A stretch of 32,000 bases of DNA from Pseudoalteromonas translucida KMM 520 (GTDB lineage Bacteria; Pseudomonadota; Gammaproteobacteria; Enterobacterales; Alteromonadaceae). The translations under genes and the position numbers were made by a program. The number at the start of each line of letters is the position of its first letter. Within the stretch, counting starts at the first letter, position 1. This document shows, piece by piece, positions 27,989 through 32,000 of this stretch. Under the pieces are notes generated by a model. That model was not told where the DNA came from. It saw only the letters and a program-made list of their open reading frames with translations, and ran no database searches. The stretch covers positions 1,500,001 through 1,532,000 of the forward strand of contig NZ_CP011034.1 in the NCBI RefSeq assembly GCF_001465295.1, in the 5' to 3' direction.

Positions 27989-28857
27989 GTGTTATACAAG
28001 GTGAAAAGTTACAAAAAGTCCTAGCCCGTGCTGGCGTAGGCTCACGCCGTGAAATGGAAAAATACATTGACGCAAACCGCGTTAGCGTTAACGGAAAAGT
28101 GGCTAAATTAGGCGATCGTGTTGAAGAAACAGATTCAATTCGTGTTGATGGCCATACGGTAAAAATTGAAGAAAAAGCCGATAGAATTTGTCGCGTAATA
28201 ATGTATAACAAGCCTGAAGGTGAGTTAAGCACGCGTAAAGATCCTGAAGGTCGTCGTACTGTATTTGACCGCCTCCCTCGTATTGATGGCGAGCGCTGGA
28301 TTGCGGTTGGCCGATTAGATATAAATACCGCAGGCTTGATGCTGTTTACTAACGATGGTGAATTAGCAAACCGACTTATGCACCCCAGTTACGAAGTTGA
28401 ACGTGAATACTCAGCCCGTGTATTTGGTGAAGTAACCAAAGAAACCATTAAAAATTTAACCCGTGGTGTTGAACTTGAAGATGGCCCAGCAAAATTTCTT
28501 ACGGTTAACCCTATGGGCGGCGAAGGTATAAACCGTTGGTACAATGTAACGCTTAATGAAGGACGTAACCGAGAAGTTCGTCGTTTATGGCAATCACAAG
28601 AGGTGGAAGTTTCTCGCTTAATTCGTATTCGTTACGGTAAATTAGAGCTTGATAAGCGCGTACCACAAGGTGGCTGGATTGAATACGACCTAGACACAGT
28701 AAACTATTTACGTAAAACAGTTAAGTTAGGACGTGAAACACAAACTAAGCTTTCAGTAATGCCTGAAAAACGCAAAGATAAGCGTGCCAAAATAAACCAA
28801 ATACGTAAAGCAGTTAAAAAGCACAATCAACGTGTAAAACCAACTAAACGTAAGTAA
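27985..28857 (+). CDS. rluB: 23S rRNA pseudouridine(2605) synthase
   Basis: Colinear with E. coli RluB ([16 protein letters not shown], the S4 domain, and [34 protein letters not shown]). Lys/Arg-rich C-terminal tail. Confidence 0.95.
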   Translation: MSVIQGEKLQKVLARAGVGSRREMEKYIDANRVSVNGKVAKLGDRVEETDSIRVDGHTVKIEEKADRICRVIMYNKPEGELSTRKDPEGRRTVFDRLPRIDGERWIAVGRLDINTAGLMLFTNDGELANRLMHPSYEVEREYSARVFGEVTKETIKNLTRGVELEDGPAKFLTVNPMGGEGINRWYNVTLNEGRNREVRRLWQSQEVEVSRLIRIRYGKLELDKRVPQGGWIEYDLDTVNYLRKTVKLGRETQTKLSVMPEKRKDKRAKINQIRKAVKKHNQRVKPTKRK

Positions 28858-28892
28858 CCTGCTATTTAGTTAAATTAAATTAGTTAGACATT

Positions 28893-28925
28893 AAAAAAGC
28901 CGCTCAAAATTTTGAGCGGCTTTTT
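28893..28925. terminator. Bidirectional intrinsic terminator (rluB / yciK convergent)
   Basis: Perfect palindrome AAAAAGCCGCTCAAAA/TTTTGAGCGGCTTTTT. Confidence 0.8.
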
Positions 28926-28947
28926 CGTATCTACATTAGAGTAATAG

Positions 28948-29694
28948 CTATTTCTTTACTTGAGCGTCAAGCGACTCGCCATTTACATTACTCGAATCAT
29001 CACTCATTAAATATAAGTAAGTAGGCATTAAATCTTCAGGTGTTGCGAGTTTATCTCGGTCTTCACCAGGAAAAGCACTAGCGCGCATTGAAGTACGTGT
29101 AGCACCAGGGTTAATACAATTAATACGTATATTGGTTTTACCTACTTCACATGCCCATGTTTGCATCATGCCCTCTACAGCAAATTTCGAAATAGCATAA
29201 GGGCCCCAAAACTCGCGACCTTTACGGCCCACGCCAGATGATGTAAATACTACAGATGCATTTTTAGATTTGCGCAGTACCGGAAACAGCGCTTTAGTGA
29301 TCATAGCTTGCGCGGTGACATTAACCTTCATTATGTTTTCAAAGGTTGATGAGCAAAAGTGCTCAAGTGGCCCTAACGTGCCTAAAATGCCCGCGTTATT
29401 TAATAAGCCATCAAGGCAGCCAAATTGAGACTCTATCGTGGCAGCCAGATCGCGGTAGTTTTGCTTAGTTGCGCCTTTTAAATCCATAGGGACTATTGCC
29501 GGTTGTGGATAACCTGCTTTAACAATCTCATCATAAACACATTCTAGTTTATTAGTTGTTTTGCCTAATAAAATAACAGTTGCGCCGTATTTAGCGTATG
29601 TAATTGCAGCTACTCGGCCAATTCCATCACCTGCGCCAGTGATTAAAATAACTTTATCTTTAAGTGCATTTTCAGCAGCTTGATAGGTGTTCAT
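28948..29694 (-). CDS. yciK: YciK-family short-chain dehydrogenase/reductase
   Basis: Colinear with E. coli YciK (L.D..IL.TGA.DGIGR.AA.TYA.YGATVILLG ... FTSS.VGR.GR..WG.YA.SKFA.EGMMQ ... NCINPG.TRT.MRASAFP.ED). The start is aligned to MNTYQ (29694). The upstream Mets at 29706 and 29742 are possible but have no counterpart in E. coli YciK. Confidence 0.9.
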   Translation of the reverse strand: MNTYQAAENALKDKVILITGAGDGIGRVAAITYAKYGATVILLGKTTNKLECVYDEIVKAGYPQPAIVPMDLKGATKQNYRDLAATIESQFGCLDGLLNNAGILGTLGPLEHFCSSTFENIMKVNVTAQAMITKALFPVLRKSKNASVVFTSSGVGRKGREFWGPYAISKFAVEGMMQTWACEVGKTNIRINCINPGATRTSMRASAFPGEDRDKLATPEDLMPTYLYLMSDDSSNVNGESLDAQVKK

Positions 29695-29900
29695 AAATGT
29701 ACCCATGGATGAATTTTTTTTGATTTTAACATAGCAAAACATTAAGTAATCGAATTTATTGTAAATTTAGGTGGCGAAAGTAGAAAGTTTACGTTAAGTT
29801 TAACTGGTCTAATGTCTCATTAATAAACTGATTACATTGTTTTAACTTAATATACTTAATAAACACACTATAAAAATAAGATATGTGCGGAGCCAACAAT

Positions 29901-32000
29901 ATGAAAAAAATGCTACTCTCACTCTCGGTTACAGCTGCTCTTGCAGGTTGTGGCGGCGGAGAAACGCTAGAAGATGTTAAAAACGATTCGGTTACAGTTA
30001 TCCCAAAGGCGACGGTAAAGTTTGATCCCGCTAATGGGGTTATATCTGTACCCAATGATTTATTAATGAGCGGTACCCAAGATGGTACTTTAAATATTCC
30101 TGGGGAGTTAAATGACGCTAATGTGTCTATTCCTCGTGCTGCTTATGCTAACCCTCAACTTGCACTGGGTGCGCTTGATGGCTGGTCTACTCAAGTTCCT
30201 TTTAAAATAGATTTAACTTTCCCACCAAATGTAAGCCTAGATGCCACCTCTGCAGGTACACCAGGTTCAGTACGTATTTTTGAAGTAATAATGGGAGCAA
30301 GTTTAACCGATGAACAATGCTCACAAGCACCTGCAGGTGCTGCCTGTAAACTAGTGGGTGAGTTGCAATTTGGTGTTGACTTTATCACCCAAGCATCTGG
30401 TGATGCGGTGGCGGTTATTCCACTTAAGCCATTTAAAGCCGGCAGCTCTTATATTAATGTATTAACCACAGAGCTTAAAGACTCACAGGGGCGTGCTATT
30501 GAGCCGTCATCTACTTACGCTACAGTAAAACAAGAAGCGCCATTAATTACGCCATCGCAACTAGCGCTACAGGGGGCTGTTAATAGCTACGAAAATGTAG
30601 TGGTTAGTTCAGGCAATATTACTAAAGATGAGATTATTTTTTCTGCTGCAATGACCATGCAATCGGCAGGCCCAGTGCTTGGTACAATTAAAAAGTTATT
30701 AGCAGCGAGCCTACAAAATCCAAATTTACCGACACCAGCAATTACTGTACCTAATCAGCCAATGGTAAATGTGCAGCAAGTATTTCAATCACAAGGTGTT
30801 GCTGTGAGTGATGCCTTTAAAGGTGTGCAATACCAAAAAGGTAGCATTATGTTGCCTATGTATTTAGGTACGCCTACAGGTAAAGAAATTAGCGATTTAA
30901 ACGACACTTATTGGCAAGGCATGTGTGATAACGCAGTTGCTGTATTGGGTTATAAAGCACAAGCAGGTGCTGCATTTCCTACTGATCCAATTAGTGAAAA
31001 TGACGGCGCATGTGCCGCATTAAGCGATGGGAAATTACGTGATTTAGGGTTAGATAGCACGCGTCATTTAACCAAATATAACTCTATTCCTAAAGTGCAA
31101 AGTATGGCCAATGTGCCAGTGCAAGTAACTAAACCTATTTTGCCTATAATTAATGGTGTACGTGCAAGTTTAGAATTAGCACCTATTACTATGCCTGAAA
31201 GTGGCTGGCCTGTAGTTATTATGCAGCACGGTATTACTACTAATAAAGAAACTATGTTGACATTAACGGCGCAGCTTTCTATTCAGGGTTTTGCCACAAT
31301 TGCAATTGATCACCCGCGCCATGGCGAGCGAGGAATCGACGTAGATGCTGACGGTATCGATGATTTTAATGCAACCACAGGTTCGGTACTTAGTTATATG
31401 AACCTAAGCTCATTGCTTGTTGCCCGTGATAGTTTACGCCAATCAAGCGCCGACTTATTAGGCTTGCGTCTTGGTCTAAACTTTATTAATGATACAACTA
31501 TAAACAGTAAAGATGTGACTTATGTTGGTCACTCACTGGGTTCAATTGTAGCGCCGGCGTTTATTGCCCAAGCAAATAGCCCAATGGCTGAAACACTTGA
31601 CCCACTGTTTAACGTTAATACAGTTGCGCTTGCAAGTGGCGGCGGTGGTATTGCCAGTTTCTTACTAGAATCACCTGCGTTTGGCCCATTTATTCAAGGC
31701 TCGGTATTATCACAAGCAGGTACAACCGAAGCCACTGAATTTAATGCATTTTTACAAGGTGATGCAATTTCTAACTGCGGTGTGTTACTGCCAAATATGC
31801 AAGACTTCCTATCATGTGGTTACACCGAATATGCAACGGCTTTAACTATGGCTGGCGAAACGGGTAAGCTGGCAAATATTAAAGGCGTAATGACTCAATT
31901 TGCTTTTGCAGCGCAAACTGCACTAGATAGTGGCGACCCAACTAATTATGCCGCAACCGTTAAAGCACTCGAAACGCCTGTATATATGAACGTGGTAGTG
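29901..32000 (+). CDS. VolA/Pla-1/Cef-family extracellular lipoprotein lipase, 3'-truncated by the window edge
   Basis: Not in the supplied ORF track because no stop occurs in the window. My own translation gives ATG 29901 with GGAG 8 nt upstream and 700 uninterrupted codons to position 32000. Signal peptide plus lipobox LAGC. GHSLG nucleophile elbow at 31527-31541 (YVGHSLGS), preceded by IDHPRHGERG. The overall architecture matches what I recall for the Vibrio VolA / Aeromonas Pla-1 lipases. Confidence 0.8.
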   Translation, partial: MKKMLLSLSVTAALAGCGGGETLEDVKNDSVTVIPKATVKFDPANGVISVPNDLLMSGTQDGTLNIPGELNDANVSIPRAAYANPQLALGALDGWSTQVPFKIDLTFPPNVSLDATSAGTPGSVRIFEVIMGASLTDEQCSQAPAGAACKLVGELQFGVDFITQASGDAVAVIPLKPFKAGSSYINVLTTELKDSQGRAIEPSSTYATVKQEAPLITPSQLALQGAVNSYENVVVSSGNITKDEIIFSAAMTMQSAGPVLGTIKKLLAASLQNPNLPTPAITVPNQPMVNVQQVFQSQGVAVSDAFKGVQYQKGSIMLPMYLGTPTGKEISDLNDTYWQGMCDNAVAVLGYKAQAGAAFPTDPISENDGACAALSDGKLRDLGLDSTRHLTKYNSIPKVQSMANVPVQVTKPILPIINGVRASLELAPITMPESGWPVVIMQHGITTNKETMLTLTAQLSIQGFATIAIDHPRHGERGIDVDADGIDDFNATTGSVLSYMNLSSLLVARDSLRQSSADLLGLRLGLNFINDTTINSKDVTYVGHSLGSIVAPAFIAQANSPMAETLDPLFNVNTVALASGGGGIASFLLESPAFGPFIQGSVLSQAGTTEATEFNAFLQGDAISNCGVLLPNMQDFLSCGYTEYATALTMAGETGKLANIKGVMTQFAFAAQTALDSGDPTNYAATVKALETPVYMNVVV

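Noticed and set aside
27256-28232. Track ORFs 27256-27468(-), 27522-27728(-) and 27942-28232(-)
   Set aside because: They are antisense to the terminator/scpB/rluB region. The first would have to read through a strong terminator hairpin.
29789-30388. Track ORFs 29789-30055(-) and 30191-30388(-)
   Set aside because: They are antisense to the 700-codon lipase ORF that runs off the window end. The + strand ORF has an RBS, a lipoprotein signal and a GHSLG motif.

Overview
The window looks like ordinary chromosomal backbone from an AT-rich (about 40% GC by eye) marine gammaproteobacterium. Gene content and order suggest Alteromonadales or Pseudoalteromonas, but that is inference. I count about 38 protein-coding genes, densely packed. 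Many are near-colinear with well-known E. coli proteins: AceK (5'-truncated by the window edge), MetG divergent from ApbC/Mrp, Dcd, TapT (DTW), AlaA, YffB-DapE, YfbV, RlmA, XthA, ScpB-RluB and YciK. Around these sit envelope and accessory genes:
- a short signal peptidase I paralog
- a GC-rich nucleoside deaminase
- a DCC thiol-disulfide oxidoreductase
- a PLD lipoprotein
- a heme-c DUF3365 protein
- an orphan Hpt protein
- a TPR / YcfL-like / LpoB-like / glycine-zipper lipoprotein operon
- an EamA transporter
- an M15 peptidase
- a 4x EF-hand lipoprotein

A long + strand ORF (29901 to the window end) is missing from the supplied ORF track. It encodes a VolA/Pla-1-type lipoprotein lipase. I found no rRNA, tRNA, CRISPR array, IS element, integrase, phage gene or recognisable defence-system gene.

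I cannot point to a clear-cut novel multi-gene system. The best leads are:
1. An EIIA-Glc-like protein in which both catalytic histidines are replaced, embedded in a tightly coupled ACT/EIIA-like/YffB/DapE/M15 operon.
2. A helically phased cluster of DnaA-box-like 9-mers in a 386-bp intergenic region.
3. An uncharacterised HExxH protein co-oriented with tapT.
4. The four-gene lipoprotein operon, whose LpoB-like member lacks the long periplasm-spanning linker.
5. A compositionally atypical deaminase gene.

All family assignments come from motif and alignment recall by eye and need HMM or BLAST confirmation.
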